Source: Planctomycetota bacterium (GTDB taxonomy: Bacteria; Planctomycetota; UBA11346). From it: DNA of 64,000 nucleotides. Positions within the stretch are counted from its first letter, which is position 1, and every line of letters begins with the position of its first letter. A program made the translations under genes and the position numbers. The notes beneath the pieces were generated by a model. The model had not been told where the DNA came from and made no database searches. It was given only the letters and a program-made list of their open reading frames with translations. The stretch is from assembly GCA_038231435.1 (NCBI GenBank), contig JBBRLJ010000011.1, positions 55,721 to 119,720 on the forward strand, read 5' to 3'. Positions 19,703 to 30,738 of the stretch are shown here, piece after piece.

Positions 19703-21487
19703 TCATTTCTGATCCATGACGCGCTGCATCTCTGGCTCGAACAGCTTGCTGCGATAGCTCGCGAGCGCGCGATGATAAGCCTCGGCCTCTTGCGCGCGCG
19801 TGGCCAGGTCGGTGGTGGGCTTGCCGGCATCGTAGCCGCGCGCCTGGATCAACTTCGCCTTCGGGATGTCGGCATTCGCGCCTGAACCGTCGTCGACCAG
19901 CGCCACCGGCCGCTCGGGCATGGCAAGGCTGGCCGCGAGCCGCTGGTCGGTGGTCGGCTGGCCGGACTGCGCTGGAGGCGCTGCCAGCTCCTCGGTCGGC
20001 GACAGCGCTGTCTGCTTGGGCGTGGCCTTCCACATCGCGCCTTCAGGCGAAGCGAGGTACGCAGCCAGGCCGCCGGGCCCGAGCTTCTCGGCGGCGGCGC
20101 GCGCGGCCTCGGCCTGTTTCATGAATTCGGCGTAGCCGCGCTGGCCTTTGAGATACGCGATGATCTGCGGCCTCACCTCGGCGAGCGGCTTGAAGCCGGC
20201 TTCCTGGCGGCTCTCCAGGCGCATAACCAGCCAGGTGGACGGCGGGCCGTCGGCCGGCAGAGCGCGACTGATGAACCCGGGTTCCTTGTCGTGGGAGAAC
20301 AGACCGACCTGATCACGCATGGTGCCGAGATCGCCGAGTTTGAGCATGCGCGGTGGCTTCTGATGGGTCATCTGCTCGTACATGCTGTCGCGCTCTGACG
20401 ACGGCTCCTCGATCGAGACCTGCTCCTTGATCACCATGCCGGCGTCGAGCGCCGCCTGCTTGAACGCCGCGCTGTCCTTCTGGCCTTCGAGGCCCTTGTC
20501 CTCGACGATCGCGTCGAGCGCATCGGCGGCCTTCTTGGCTGCGTCGAGCGCGCGTTCGCTGGTCAGCCGCTCGATGATCACGGGTTTCATCTCGTCGAGG
20601 GTCTTCGCCTCCTGGGGCGCCTCGGGCTTGGCATCGGCGGGCTTGGGCTTGAGGAAGTCGGGGTCCTTGGCGTGCGCATCGTAGTAGGACTTCACCTCGT
20701 CGTCGCCGACCTGGATCTTGGAGCGGGCGGCGGCCATGTCGGCATATGCGATGGTGACCGTCGCCGATTGCGGGCGGGTGAAGCGTCCGCGCTGCTTGGC
20801 GTAGGTCGGCTCGATCTCGGCGTCGTCGTCGGCGACGGTGGGCAGCAGCGAGGAGCCGTCGAGCACGGCCTCGTCGACCTGGACCTTGTCGTCGCGCACC
20901 AGCGTCACGGCCTCGGTACCGATGGAGAGCGGGATGGCCGGAGCCACGATGTGGCGGATGCCATAGGCCTGCATGGCGGTGCGTTCGGCGAGGTGGCGGC
21001 GCAGCTCATCGCGGGTGACCTCGTTCTCGCCGCCCTTGTGCTCGTTGAGCGCCTCCTTGTAGGTGCTGCCGCTCGGGAGCTTGCGCGCGAGGAAGTCGTC
21101 GACCAGGCGATCGAGCGCCTTGCCCGACGGCATCAGACCTTCCTGGTCCGCGACGCGCGAGATCTTGATCAGCTGGATGTATCCTTCCTCCTTGTCGTAG
21201 GCGGTGCGCATGCCCAGGGCCTTGTCCAATTTATGATCGACGTTCTGGCGGATGGTGACCTCGCGCCGGTCGACGCCCTTGATGGGTGCCTGTCCGCCCT
21301 GGAGGATGCCGAGCGAGCCGGACATGCCGAACAGCGCTCCGACGATGATGATCAGCGTCCAGATGCCCAGCTGTTGGGCGAAGGTGATCTCCTTGGCCTT
21401 CGGCATCTGGTCGCGCGCGCCATCCGCGGATGGCGTGGATGGCGTCGAGGACGTCGTGCTCGGCTGGTCGGGCTGCTTGTCGCTCAT
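19703..21487 (-). CDS. Membrane-anchored periplasmic chaperone, PpiD/SurA-like
   Basis: N-terminal TM; 'DDEVKSYYDAH...F' and 'KPLAEVRPQI' motifs typical of PpiD/SurA_N-rotamase proteins. Confidence 0.7.
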   Translation of the reverse strand: MSDKQPDQPSTTSSTPSTPSADGARDQMPKAKEITFAQQLGIWTLIIIVGALFGMSGSLGILQGGQAPIKGVDRREVTIRQNVDHKLDKALGMRTAYDKEEGYIQLIKISRVADQEGLMPSGKALDRLVDDFLARKLPSGSTYKEALNEHKGGENEVTRDELRRHLAERTAMQAYGIRHIVAPAIPLSIGTEAVTLVRDDKVQVDEAVLDGSSLLPTVADDDAEIEPTYAKQRGRFTRPQSATVTIAYADMAAARSKIQVGDDEVKSYYDAHAKDPDFLKPKPADAKPEAPQEAKTLDEMKPVIIERLTSERALDAAKKAADALDAIVEDKGLEGQKDSAAFKQAALDAGMVIKEQVSIEEPSSERDSMYEQMTHQKPPRMLKLGDLGTMRDQVGLFSHDKEPGFISRALPADGPPSTWLVMRLESRQEAGFKPLAEVRPQIIAYLKGQRGYAEFMKQAEAARAAAEKLGPGGLAAYLASPEGAMWKATPKQTALSPTEELAAPPAQSGQPTTDQRLAASLAMPERPVALVDDGSGANADIPKAKLIQARGYDAGKPTTDLATRAQEAEAYHRALASYRSKLFEPEMQRVMDQK

Positions 21488-21682
21488 GGGTCCTCGCGGC
21501 GAATGGCCGTGGAGACTAGGGCGCCCTCCCGACTAGGCAACCCAGGGAGCCAGGCCCCAAGCGACTGCCCGCCGAGGGTTTCGGCTTTGGGAAAAACCGC
21601 GTGGGCGAGCATCGGGCTGAAACGGGAAGCCCGCGAAAGACGCTGGCCGGAGCGTCGAGCCTGCCATGATCGCCGGCCCCCC

Positions 21683-22501
21683 ATGACGCTTCCCGATGCC
21701 ACGCCCGCGGCCCTGCTCGACGCCTTCCTGACCGCCCACGCCCAGGGTCTGGCGGTGCCGGCGGCGCTGTACGCGCGCGGCGAGGAGCTGCATCGTCGGC
21801 TCTCGCCAGCTCCCCCGCGCATCCCGTCCTGGGGACGCTTCCTGGTGGCGTTGGGCCATCTCGCCGCCGAGGCCTGCGACGACGCCGCCGCCGCCAGCCG
21901 CTACTTCTTGCAGGCCCTCACCCAGGTCGAGCTGCACGGCGACCACGAGGCCGCGGTGACCGCCGGCTACGACCAAGGGGTGCTGCAGGAACGGCGTGGC
22001 GCGCTGGTCCATGCGCGCGCCGCGTACCTCGCCGCCAGTCGCGAGGGCTTCCGTCTACGGGTGATCGCGCCGAGCACGCTGCGCGCTGGTCTCGGCGCGG
22101 TGCGCCTGCGATTCGCCGAGGACGGCGGCCTCGACGCGGAGACCGCGGCGCTCGCCAAGCGTGCGTGGCTCGGATGGCTGTGGTTGCGCCGCACCCTGCC
22201 CGAGAGCATCGATCGCGAGCTGGCGAGCGAACTCGGTCGGACCTTGGCCGCGCTCCTCCTGCCCGAGGACGATCCGACCGAGCTGGCGGCGCGCTGGCGC
22301 GCCTGGGCGCCGCCGGTGATCGCGGTGCCCGAGGGCTCATGGCGCGACGACGACCCGCGCTGCCTGGCCGAGCTCTTCGCCGCCGCCGCCGAAGCCGCCG
22401 ACGAGCACCTCGCCGATGAATCGCCGCATGCCGCCGCGCCGTATCGGATGCTGCTGCAGGCCGCCGAACGGGCGACCCCGCCTCGCGACGCCCTGTCCTA
22501 G
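21683..22501 (+). CDS. Hypothetical helical (TPR-like) protein
   Basis: GC3-biased ORF with TPR-like 'GYDQGVLQERRG....ARAAY' segment. Confidence 0.6.
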   Translation: MTLPDATPAALLDAFLTAHAQGLAVPAALYARGEELHRRLSPAPPRIPSWGRFLVALGHLAAEACDDAAAASRYFLQALTQVELHGDHEAAVTAGYDQGVLQERRGALVHARAAYLAASREGFRLRVIAPSTLRAGLGAVRLRFAEDGGLDAETAALAKRAWLGWLWLRRTLPESIDRELASELGRTLAALLLPEDDPTELAARWRAWAPPVIAVPEGSWRDDDPRCLAELFAAAAEAADEHLADESPHAAAPYRMLLQAAERATPPRDALS

Positions 22502-22706
22502 TCGCACCACCTGAGACGCTCGAGCGTAGGCACCGACTCGCTCGTGGAGAGGCCTGGTAGACGCCCGCGGGTGTTTCCGTGGGCACGAATCCACACTGGC
22601 GATATCCCATCGCCCGTCCCCGCATGGGTTTCGCGTAGAGCATGATCCTTCGACCTTGCGCGTAGCAGTGGCGCTTACCAGACTCACCGACCAGTCTGGA
22701 GCCGAC

Positions 22707-25370
22707 ATGCCCCCATCGCCCAAATCGTCAGTCAGCAAGCGCGGTCAGGCCGCCAGTCCCGCGCTCGAGGCGCAGCACGTGGCGCGCGGCACCAGCAAGC
22801 GCACGCATGCGATCCCCGGCGCGGCGGGCGCGGCCGCCGATGCGCAGCCCGCGACCAGGTCGATCAGGCGGCCGCAATCCCAGGAGCTGCGCGAGAGCGC
22901 CGAGACCCAGCCGCTGTCTCCGGGACTGGGCATGGATGCGAAGCACTTGCGCGAGGACATCTTCAGGCACCTGAGCTACACCCTCGGCCGCGACAGCCAC
23001 TCCACCAGCCAACGCTACCGCTACAGCGCCACCGTGCTGGCGATCAGGGACCGCCTGATGGAACGCTGGAAGGCGACCCACGCCGCGTACTACCACGCCG
23101 ACTGCAAGCGCGGCTACTACATGTCGCTCGAATTCCTGATGGGCCGCGCGCTCGGCAACTCGCTGCTGAACCTCGGCATCACCGGCCAGACCGATGAAGC
23201 GCTGAAGGGACTCGGCCAGCGCCTCGAGGATATCATCGAGGAGGAGGCCGACGCCGGTCTCGGGAATGGCGGCCTCGGCCGCCTCGCCGCCTGCTTTCTC
23301 GACAGCTGCGCCACGCTGTCGCTGCCGGTCTACGGCTACGGCATCCGCTACGACTACGGCATGTTCCGCCAGCGCATCGTCAACGGCGCGCAGACCGAGG
23401 AGCCCGACCACTGGCTCGCGTTCGGCACCTTCTGGGAGCTGCACCGCCCAGAATACACCCGTCGCGTGCACTTCGGAGGCCGAACCGAGTACTACAAGGA
23501 CGCGAAGGGCGGCAGCCGCGTGCGTTGGGTGGAATGCGACGACGTGCTCGCGGTACCGTACGACATGCCCATCCCCGGCTACAAGAACGGCACGGTGAAC
23601 ACCCTGCGCCTGTGGAGCGCCACCTCGACCGAGGATTTCAACCTGGCCGAGTTCAACGCGGGCGATTACGCCGGCGCCATCGCCGAGCGCTCGCAGGCCG
23701 AGAACATCTCGCGCGTGCTGTACCCGAACGACAAGAGCGAGAACGGCAAGGAGCTGCGGCTGCGTCAGCAGTACTTCCTCGCCAGCGCCAGCCTGCAGGA
23801 CATCCTGCGCCGCTGGGTCGGGGTCCATGGCGACGATTTCGCCGGCTTCGCCGACAAGAACGTCTGCCAGCTCAACGATACCCACCCGACGGTGGCGGTC
23901 GCCGAACTCATGCGCCTGCTGATGGATGAGCACAGTCTCGGCTGGGATGAATCCTGGGCGATCGTCAGCCGCTGCATGGCCTACACCAACCATACGCTGC
24001 TGCCCGAGGCGCTCGAGAAGTGGTCGGTGCCGCTCTTCCGCTCGCTGCTGCCGCGCATCCTCGAGATCATCTACGAGATCAACGCGCGCTTCATGCGCGT
24101 GGTCGCCAACAAATGGCCCGGCGATACCGCCCGCCAGGCGCGCATGTCGATCATCGAGGACGGCCCGGTGCCGCACGTGCGCATGGCGTACCTGGCGATC
24201 GTCGGCTCGTTCTCGGTCAACGGCGTGGCCGCGCTGCATAGCCGTCTGCTGAAAGAGGACCTGTTCCGCGACTTCGACGAGCTGTGGCCCGAGCGCTTCA
24301 ACAACAAGACCAATGGCGTCACCCAACGGCGCTGGCTGGCGATGTGCAATCCGCGACTCGCCGAATTGCTGACCAAGACCATCGGCGATGGTTGGATCAC
24401 CGATCTATCGACCCTCACCCGTATCGCCCCGCACGCCGGCGACGCCAAGTTCCGCAAGGCCTGGCGCGATATCAAGCAGGCCAACAAGCAGGATCTCGCC
24501 AACGTGATCCTGCGCGAGACCGGAGTCGACTTCCCGGTCGACGCCATGTTCGACGTCCAGGTGAAGCGCATCCACGAGTACAAACGCCAGCTCCTGAACG
24601 CGCTGCACGTCATCCACCTCTACGACCGCATCAAGCGCGGCGACACCAAGAACTGGACCAAGCGCGCGGTGCTCTTCGGTGGCAAGGCCGCTCCTGGCTA
24701 CGCCATGGCCAAGACCATCATCAAATTCATCAACAACATCGCCGACGTGGTCAATTCCGACCCCGACGTGAAGGATCTGCTGCGCGTCGCCTTCATCCCC
24801 GACTACCGCGTCAGCCTGATGGAGAAGATCTGCCCCGCGGCCGACCTCTCCGAGCAGGTGTCGACTGCCGGCAAGGAGGCCAGCGGCACCGGCAACATGA
24901 AGTTCATGATGAATGGCGCCCTTACCATCGGCACCCTCGACGGAGCCAACATCGAGATCCGCGAGGAGGTTGGCGACGACCACTTCTTCCTCTTCGGCAA
25001 GACCACCGAGGAGATCGCCGATCTGCGCAGGAAGTACGATCCGGTCGCGATCATCGAGGCCGACCCCGACTTCAAGCGCGTGGTCGCGCTGATCCGCTCG
25101 GGGCATTTCAACCAGGTCGAGCCCGGCGCGTTCGATGACATCATCGGCACCCTGACCAGCTGGGGCGACTACTGGATGGTATGCGCTGATTTCGCCGACT
25201 ACGTCCGCGCCCAGAACGCCGCCGCCGCCGCATACCGCGATAGCGACGGCTGGACTACCTCGAGCATCCTCAATACCGCGCACAGCGGCAAGTTCTCGAC
25301 CGATCGGACGATGCTCGAATACAACAACGAGATCTGGCGTCTGCGCCAGGTGCCATCGATTCCGGTCTGA
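22707..25370 (+). CDS. glgP: Glycogen/starch phosphorylase (GT35)
   Basis: SLEFLMGR, GLGNGGLGRLAACF, QLNDTHP, KRIHEYKRQ, EASGTGNMKF. Confidence 0.97.
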   Translation: MPPSPKSSVSKRGQAASPALEAQHVARGTSKRTHAIPGAAGAAADAQPATRSIRRPQSQELRESAETQPLSPGLGMDAKHLREDIFRHLSYTLGRDSHSTSQRYRYSATVLAIRDRLMERWKATHAAYYHADCKRGYYMSLEFLMGRALGNSLLNLGITGQTDEALKGLGQRLEDIIEEEADAGLGNGGLGRLAACFLDSCATLSLPVYGYGIRYDYGMFRQRIVNGAQTEEPDHWLAFGTFWELHRPEYTRRVHFGGRTEYYKDAKGGSRVRWVECDDVLAVPYDMPIPGYKNGTVNTLRLWSATSTEDFNLAEFNAGDYAGAIAERSQAENISRVLYPNDKSENGKELRLRQQYFLASASLQDILRRWVGVHGDDFAGFADKNVCQLNDTHPTVAVAELMRLLMDEHSLGWDESWAIVSRCMAYTNHTLLPEALEKWSVPLFRSLLPRILEIIYEINARFMRVVANKWPGDTARQARMSIIEDGPVPHVRMAYLAIVGSFSVNGVAALHSRLLKEDLFRDFDELWPERFNNKTNGVTQRRWLAMCNPRLAELLTKTIGDGWITDLSTLTRIAPHAGDAKFRKAWRDIKQANKQDLANVILRETGVDFPVDAMFDVQVKRIHEYKRQLLNALHVIHLYDRIKRGDTKNWTKRAVLFGGKAAPGYAMAKTIIKFINNIADVVNSDPDVKDLLRVAFIPDYRVSLMEKICPAADLSEQVSTAGKEASGTGNMKFMMNGALTIGTLDGANIEIREEVGDDHFFLFGKTTEEIADLRRKYDPVAIIEADPDFKRVVALIRSGHFNQVEPGAFDDIIGTLTSWGDYWMVCADFADYVRAQNAAAAAYRDSDGWTTSSILNTAHSGKFSTDRTMLEYNNEIWRLRQVPSIPV

Positions 25371-25492
25371 GGGACGGCTCGGGAGAAGACGGAAGATCGA
25401 AGAACGAAGGTCACAGCTCGCGCGCCCTCTTCGATGTCCCCGGCCGTTCTCCCGTCCCTTGCCCCGGGGTACATCCCTCCACCATCTCCCCC

Positions 25493-26212
25493 ATGCTCGT
25501 CCTCCACGGCTACACCGAGACCGACATCTTCTGGAGCGACCTGCTCGGCGCCCAGCTTCCGGCCGAATGCGTCCTGCTGCCGGGGCATGGCTGGAAACCC
25601 TGTCCGGACGGGACCACGCTGAAGAGCGTCGCCGCCGACATCGCCAAGCGCCTGCCGGCCGATGGCTCGGGAGATCTGCTCGGCTACAGCCTCGGCGGCC
25701 GCATCGCGCTGCAGCTCGCCTTGGATCATCCGGGCCGCGTCCGACGCCTGGTGCTGGTCAGCTGCGTGGCTGGCCTGCGCGACTCCACGGAGCGCGCCAA
25801 GCGACGGGCCCGCGATGAAGGCCTGGCGATGATCCTCGAGGAGGACGGCATCGGCTCGTTCCTCGCGCTCTGGGAAGGCAATCCAGCGCTCAAGCCGGTG
25901 AAGCCACTGCCGCATCGGGTCTGCGAGACCATCCGCAGCATGCGCATGAACCAGGATCCTCTCGGGCTCGCGGCGGCGGTGCGCTGCATGGGCGTCGGCA
26001 CCATGGAAGACCTGTGGGATCGCCTGCCGACCCTGAAGACGCCAGTGCTGATGATCGTCGGCGACCACGATCAGCGCTACGTCAAGGCAATGGGCGAGAT
26101 GGCGAAGGTCATCCCCGGAGCGCGCTTCGAGATCGTCCACGATTCGGGCCACGCGGTGCATCGCGAGCAGCCGTATGCGTTGCGGCAGCTGGTGGCGGGG
26201 TTCTTGTCCTAG
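25493..26212 (+). CDS. Alpha/beta hydrolase, MenH (SHCHC synthase)-like
   Basis: LHG, LPGHG, GYSLGGRIA, 'R..R...D..LA', GH.VHRE. Confidence 0.8.
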   Translation: MLVLHGYTETDIFWSDLLGAQLPAECVLLPGHGWKPCPDGTTLKSVAADIAKRLPADGSGDLLGYSLGGRIALQLALDHPGRVRRLVLVSCVAGLRDSTERAKRRARDEGLAMILEEDGIGSFLALWEGNPALKPVKPLPHRVCETIRSMRMNQDPLGLAAAVRCMGVGTMEDLWDRLPTLKTPVLMIVGDHDQRYVKAMGEMAKVIPGARFEIVHDSGHAVHREQPYALRQLVAGFLS

Positions 26213-26269
26213 CTGTCAGTTGGGGGGCTACGGCCCCCCCCCCCAACATCGCGCTCCGCGCTGCCCCCC
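26213..26269 (+). repeat. REP-like element family A, copy 1
   Basis: ctgtcagttggggggcTACGgccc...caacatcgcgctccgcgctgcccc immediately after the stop codon; C-run expanded to 11. Confidence 0.9.
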
Positions 26270-26341
26270 GGGAGACAGTGAGCTGGGTGGGAAGGCTGGC
26301 CGGTCTGGCGACCGCCTGATAGTGAGCGCGGACGGCGCGTC

Positions 26342-26770
26342 TCAATTCTCGTGCTGCTTCCTGGCCATGCGTTCGCGGACGGGTTTGGCGAGTTCGGGGA
26401 GACCGCATTCCTCGAGGACGCCGGCGACCACCACGGCGTCGTCATCGTAGCCGGCCACGTCCACGAAGTCGTTGCTGCCGTCGTCGATGAGCACGAAGTG
26501 GACCGCCGCCACGCGCAGCCAGTCGCGCTGCTGCGGGGTCAGCGACGGAGCGCGGTCGAAGGCTGCAAGCACCTGCTGGGCGAGCAGGCGCGACAGGCTC
26601 ACCGAATCGATCGTACCGCGCATCACGGTGCGCGTGGTGTCGGATACGTGCATCAGCACCAGGTCGCGGTAGCGCTGATCGTCGACCTCGCCGAGCGCGG
26701 CCATGGCCTGTCGACAGCGCGCGATCTGCGCCGCGGTCATGGAGCGGGGGTCCTTGATCGGCTTGGACAT
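26342..26770 (-). CDS. YkvA/DUF1232-like protein
   Basis: A.HFV..DD...D....GYDDDAVVV motif. Confidence 0.65.
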   Translation of the reverse strand: MSKPIKDPRSMTAAQIARCRQAMAALGEVDDQRYRDLVLMHVSDTTRTVMRGTIDSVSLSRLLAQQVLAAFDRAPSLTPQQRDWLRVAAVHFVLIDDGSNDFVDVAGYDDDAVVVAGVLEECGLPELAKPVRERMARKQHEN

Positions 26771-26821
26771 GGCGGCGAGAGTTGACCATCCACCGCGAGT
26801 GCAAGCGGCGTCAGCGCCTAT

Positions 26822-27787
26822 ATGCTCGGACCCGTGGACCGCGACCGCATCCTCGAAGCGCGCGACCTCTCGAAGAGCTATGGACCGTTCCAGGCCCTGC
26901 ACGGGGTCAGTTTCAGCCTGGACCGCGGCGAGGTGGTGGGCTTCCTCGGCCCGAACGGCGCCGGCAAATCAACCACGATGAAGATCCTCACCGGCTACGT
27001 CGCGCCGTCCGGGGGCTCAGCCACGATCGCCGGCCACGATCTGCACAGCGATCCGCTCGCCTGCCGCCGCGCGATCGGCTACCTGCCCGAAGAGCTGCCG
27101 CTCTATCTCGACATGACGGTGACGTCCTACCTCGATCACGTCGCGCGGCTGAAGGGCGTGCCCCGCGCCGAGCGCCGCCGCGAGGTGGTCGAGGCGATCG
27201 AGGCCGCCTGGCTGGGCGAGAATGCGAACCGCCACATCCGCAAGCTCTCCAAGGGCAACCGCCAACGCGTGGGCGTGGCCCAGGCGCTGCTCGGCAAGCC
27301 GCCGCTGCTGGTGCTCGACGAGCCGACCTCGGGACTCGATCCGTCGCAGGTGGCAAATTTCCGCGAACTGGTGCGCCGCCTCGCCGAACGCCACACCGTG
27401 CTGCTCTCGACGCACATCCTGGGCGAGGTCGAGGCCACCTGCTCGCGCGTGGTCGTCGTCCACCGCGGACGCACCATCGCCGATGAATCGATCGAGGCGT
27501 TGCGCGCGCGCGCAGCACGGGCGACGCGGTTGCGGCTGCGCGTGCGCACCGAGGACGCCTCAGGGCTCGCTCAGGCGATGACGGATGCCGGAGCTGGAAC
27601 CGTGGTGTCACACGATCGCGACACCCTGATCGTCGAGTCGCCCGCCGAGCGGCGAGCGGAGCTGGTGGCCCTGACCGAGAGCCATGGCGGGCTGCGCGAG
27701 CTGGTCGAGGAGCGGCTGAGTCTCGAGGAGGTATTCCGAGAGCTGACTGCGAGCACACCGCCTGACACGATATCGAAGCCGCGATAG
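26822..27787 (+). CDS. ABC-2 type transporter ATP-binding protein (GldA-like)
   Basis: GPNGAGKST, LSKGNRQRVG, LDEPTSGLDP, STH. Confidence 0.93.
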   Translation: MLGPVDRDRILEARDLSKSYGPFQALHGVSFSLDRGEVVGFLGPNGAGKSTTMKILTGYVAPSGGSATIAGHDLHSDPLACRRAIGYLPEELPLYLDMTVTSYLDHVARLKGVPRAERRREVVEAIEAAWLGENANRHIRKLSKGNRQRVGVAQALLGKPPLLVLDEPTSGLDPSQVANFRELVRRLAERHTVLLSTHILGEVEATCSRVVVVHRGRTIADESIEALRARAARATRLRLRVRTEDASGLAQAMTDAGAGTVVSHDRDTLIVESPAERRAELVALTESHGGLRELVEERLSLEEVFRELTASTPPDTISKPR

Positions 27788-27815
27788 CCGCCGCCGCACG
27801 CGTGGCTAGTAGGGG

Positions 27816-28742
27816 CTAGCCGGGGTCTCTGCCTGCGCCCAGACCAGGCTTGGCCTGCCGGCGGAAATCGCGCGGGCTCAAGCCCGAGAAACGCTTGAAG
27901 GCGGTCGAGAACGCGAATTCATTGCGATATCCGATCCAATCGGCGATGCGCTTGAGTGGTTCGTCGGTCTCGCGCAGGAACTGGCGCGCGCGCTCCATGC
28001 GCAGGCGCGTGACCATCGCCATCGGCTTGACGTCGAAATGGCGCGCGCACAGGCGGTACAGATTGATCTGCGATTCGTGCACGTGTCCGGCCAGCGCGGC
28101 CACCGACCACGGATGGCGGAGATTGCGGTCGACCTCGTCCCACAGCTGCTGCAGGCGCCGGCGGATGGCGGCGGAGCGAGGATCGACATCGGCGGCGAGC
28201 TCACGCTCGAGGTAGCAGCCGATCAGCTCGGCGTTGAGCTCGACCGCGCGCCGCGCGCCGTCATCGCTGCCGCGCGCCTCGACGAGGAAGCCTTCCATCG
28301 CGGCCTGCAGGCGCGCGGTGAAGGCGGCGGCATGGATGACGGGGGCGCGACCACGCAGCGCCTGGCCGATGCCCGTCGACAGCGCGAGGTGGAACCACAG
28401 CACCTGCCATCTGGCCGACCTGATGCCGTATGCGCATGGGGTGCCGGCGGGCACGATCAGCAGCTCGCCAGCGCCGATCTCGGCGGGACAGCCTGCTACA
28501 TCGACCCAGCCGCTCCCGGCGACGGTGTACAGCGCGAGATGGAAGGTCGGCTGGGCGCGGCTGATCTCGTACGGCTTGACCAGATCGCTGATGCCCGACC
28601 ACATCACGCCGACATCGCGCAACGCCACCGCTGACTGGTGCTCGATCGCGAGGAAGCGCTCCTGGCAATCCGGCCCGATGACGTGGAGCGTCTTCCGGGG
28701 AGACGGCGGAGAGTGCGGAGCGTCCACCATCGCTGATGGCAT
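27816..28742 (-). CDS. AraC family transcriptional regulator
   Basis: C-terminal double HTH: RLRMERARQFL...IADWIGY.NEFAFSTAFKRFSGLSP..FR. Confidence 0.93.
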   Translation of the reverse strand: MPSAMVDAPHSPPSPRKTLHVIGPDCQERFLAIEHQSAVALRDVGVMWSGISDLVKPYEISRAQPTFHLALYTVAGSGWVDVAGCPAEIGAGELLIVPAGTPCAYGIRSARWQVLWFHLALSTGIGQALRGRAPVIHAAAFTARLQAAMEGFLVEARGSDDGARRAVELNAELIGCYLERELAADVDPRSAAIRRRLQQLWDEVDRNLRHPWSVAALAGHVHESQINLYRLCARHFDVKPMAMVTRLRMERARQFLRETDEPLKRIADWIGYRNEFAFSTAFKRFSGLSPRDFRRQAKPGLGAGRDPG

Positions 28743-28837
28743 GGTGGAAGGATGGTGGCGGGTTCAACGGGGGAATGAGGGAAGCAGAGCGGAGAGCGGA
28801 GTGCCGAGAGCGCAGAAGAAAGCGCCAGGGAGCGATG

Positions 28838-30688
28838 TCAGCGCTTCACCTTGGCCCTCCGGCTCGAAGTCGCCTTGGTGGCGGCGGTGACGGATATCGG
28901 GGTGATGCCGGCCAGCTCGATCGCCGCTGGACGGGCCTGGGCCGCGCGCAGGCGCGCGAGATCGAGCTTGAGTGAGCGGTCGAAGCGGACCACGCCGTTC
29001 TGTTCCTGGAAGACGTCGGTGAGCTGGGTGTAGCAGTAACCGAACATCCGTGGGTCGTCGAGCAGCACCGCACAGAGCCCCGCGAAGCGTAGATGGAATT
29101 CCTCGACTGTCTGCGGCTTGTTGCCATAGCCCCAAGATGGTTCGCCCGGCTTGAGGTCGGGGTTCCACCAGATTCCGCCAAATTCGCTGACGAAATACGG
29201 CTGGCCGCGGTACGGGATGTTGTGCTGGCCGGGCGAATGATTGATGAACGGCTTGCCGATGCGCAGCCCGGCCTGGTTGACCGCGAACGTAGCCGGATCC
29301 TGCTCGTAGTCGTGGCTGTCGTAGATGTCGCTCTCGGCAACGCGGTGCGAATACCCGGACACGTCGAGGACGGGCCGCGAGGTGTCCATCGCCTTGGTGG
29401 CCAGGTACAGCGCGCGCATCAGGTCGTCGTGGGCGTGGATGGTGTCCTCGATGCGGTACGAGGTCTCGTTCATCGGGCACCAGCCGACGATCGACGGATG
29501 GGAATAATCCCGTTCCAGCGCCTCGAGCCATTGCGCCGCATACGTAGCGCCCCACTGCCGCTCATCGTGCAGGTGGCCGAGCGTGCTCCACGACCAGTCG
29601 CCGAATTCGCCCCAGCACAGGTAGCCCATGCGGTCGGCGTGGTACAAGAAGCGCTCCTCGAAGACTTTCTGGTGCAGTCGCGCGCCATTGAACCCAGCGG
29701 CAAGCGACAGCTCGATGTCCTTCACCAGCGCCTGGTCGGACGGCGCGGTCATGATGCCGTCGGGGTAGTAACCTTGGTCGAGCACCAGGCGCTGGAACAC
29801 CGGCTTGCCATTGAGCACCACGGCCATGCCATCGATCGCCACCGAACGCAATCCGGCGTAGCTCTCGACGCGGTCGATGATCACGCCAGACGAATTGCGC
29901 AGCTCGAGGCGCAGCGCGTACAGGTGCGGATCCCCGCACGACCACAAACGGCGGCGCGAGACCGGGATCGGCACCGTCAGGCGCGGCGACAGCTCGAGCC
30001 CGGTGGCGACCGTGGCCTTGGCGACCACGCCCTTCGCGTCCGAGAGCGTCGCGGTCACGGTCATGCCGCGCTCGACGCGCGTGAGCGGTTGCTCGAGATG
30101 GAAGCATCCGTTGGCGACGTCTGGCGTAATGCGCGTGCGCTCGAGCGCGCAAGCCGCGACCGGTTCCATCCATACCGTCTGCCAGATGCCGGTGGTGCGG
30201 GTGTAGTGGCATCCGCAGTTGCCGTGGATCGGCACCTGCTTGCCACGCGGCTGCGGCGGAGCCCAGTCGTCGCGTGCGCGCACCGTGACCACCGCCTTGG
30301 CGCCGGGCGCGACCGCGTCGGTGATGTCGCAGCGGAACGGCGTGAAGCCGCCGCGATGCCGGCCGACCTCGACGCCGTTCACCCACACCGTGGCGTCGTA
30401 GTCCACCGCGCCGAAGTGCAGAACGATGCGCTTGCCCGCCCACGCCTCGGGCACCGGCACGCTGCGCCGGTACCACACCGCCAGCATGCGATCGGTGTAC
30501 CCGATTCCCGACAGCGTCGATTCCGGGCAGAACGGCACGGTGATGGCGCGGTCGAACGGCCTCGACAGTCCGCGCTCGAAGCCGCTGTCGCCGTGATCGA
30601 TCTCGAATTCCCATTGGCCATTCAGGCACAGCCACTCGTCGCGGCGGAACTGCGGACGGGGATATTCGCTACGCGGGATGGACGGCAT
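28838..30688 (-). CDS. Glycoside hydrolase family 2 (paralog 1)
   Basis: EYPRPQF, LHFGAVDY, TTGIWQTVW, LDQGYYPDG, RLHQK, WCPMNE, SEFGG, CYTQLTD. Confidence 0.93.
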   Translation of the reverse strand: MPSIPRSEYPRPQFRRDEWLCLNGQWEFEIDHGDSGFERGLSRPFDRAITVPFCPESTLSGIGYTDRMLAVWYRRSVPVPEAWAGKRIVLHFGAVDYDATVWVNGVEVGRHRGGFTPFRCDITDAVAPGAKAVVTVRARDDWAPPQPRGKQVPIHGNCGCHYTRTTGIWQTVWMEPVAACALERTRITPDVANGCFHLEQPLTRVERGMTVTATLSDAKGVVAKATVATGLELSPRLTVPIPVSRRRLWSCGDPHLYALRLELRNSSGVIIDRVESYAGLRSVAIDGMAVVLNGKPVFQRLVLDQGYYPDGIMTAPSDQALVKDIELSLAAGFNGARLHQKVFEERFLYHADRMGYLCWGEFGDWSWSTLGHLHDERQWGATYAAQWLEALERDYSHPSIVGWCPMNETSYRIEDTIHAHDDLMRALYLATKAMDTSRPVLDVSGYSHRVAESDIYDSHDYEQDPATFAVNQAGLRIGKPFINHSPGQHNIPYRGQPYFVSEFGGIWWNPDLKPGEPSWGYGNKPQTVEEFHLRFAGLCAVLLDDPRMFGYCYTQLTDVFQEQNGVVRFDRSLKLDLARLRAAQARPAAIELAGITPISVTAATKATSSRRAKVKR

Positions 30689-30738
30689 GGGGCTCCTCGA
30701 TGCTTCACGGGTGCGGACGGATGCCGGGGCTCGCGCGG

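Noticed and set aside
26822..27787. Orphan ABC ATPase as a pseudogene or novel system
   Set aside because: All motifs are intact; GldA-like ATPases can have their permease genes elsewhere in the genome.
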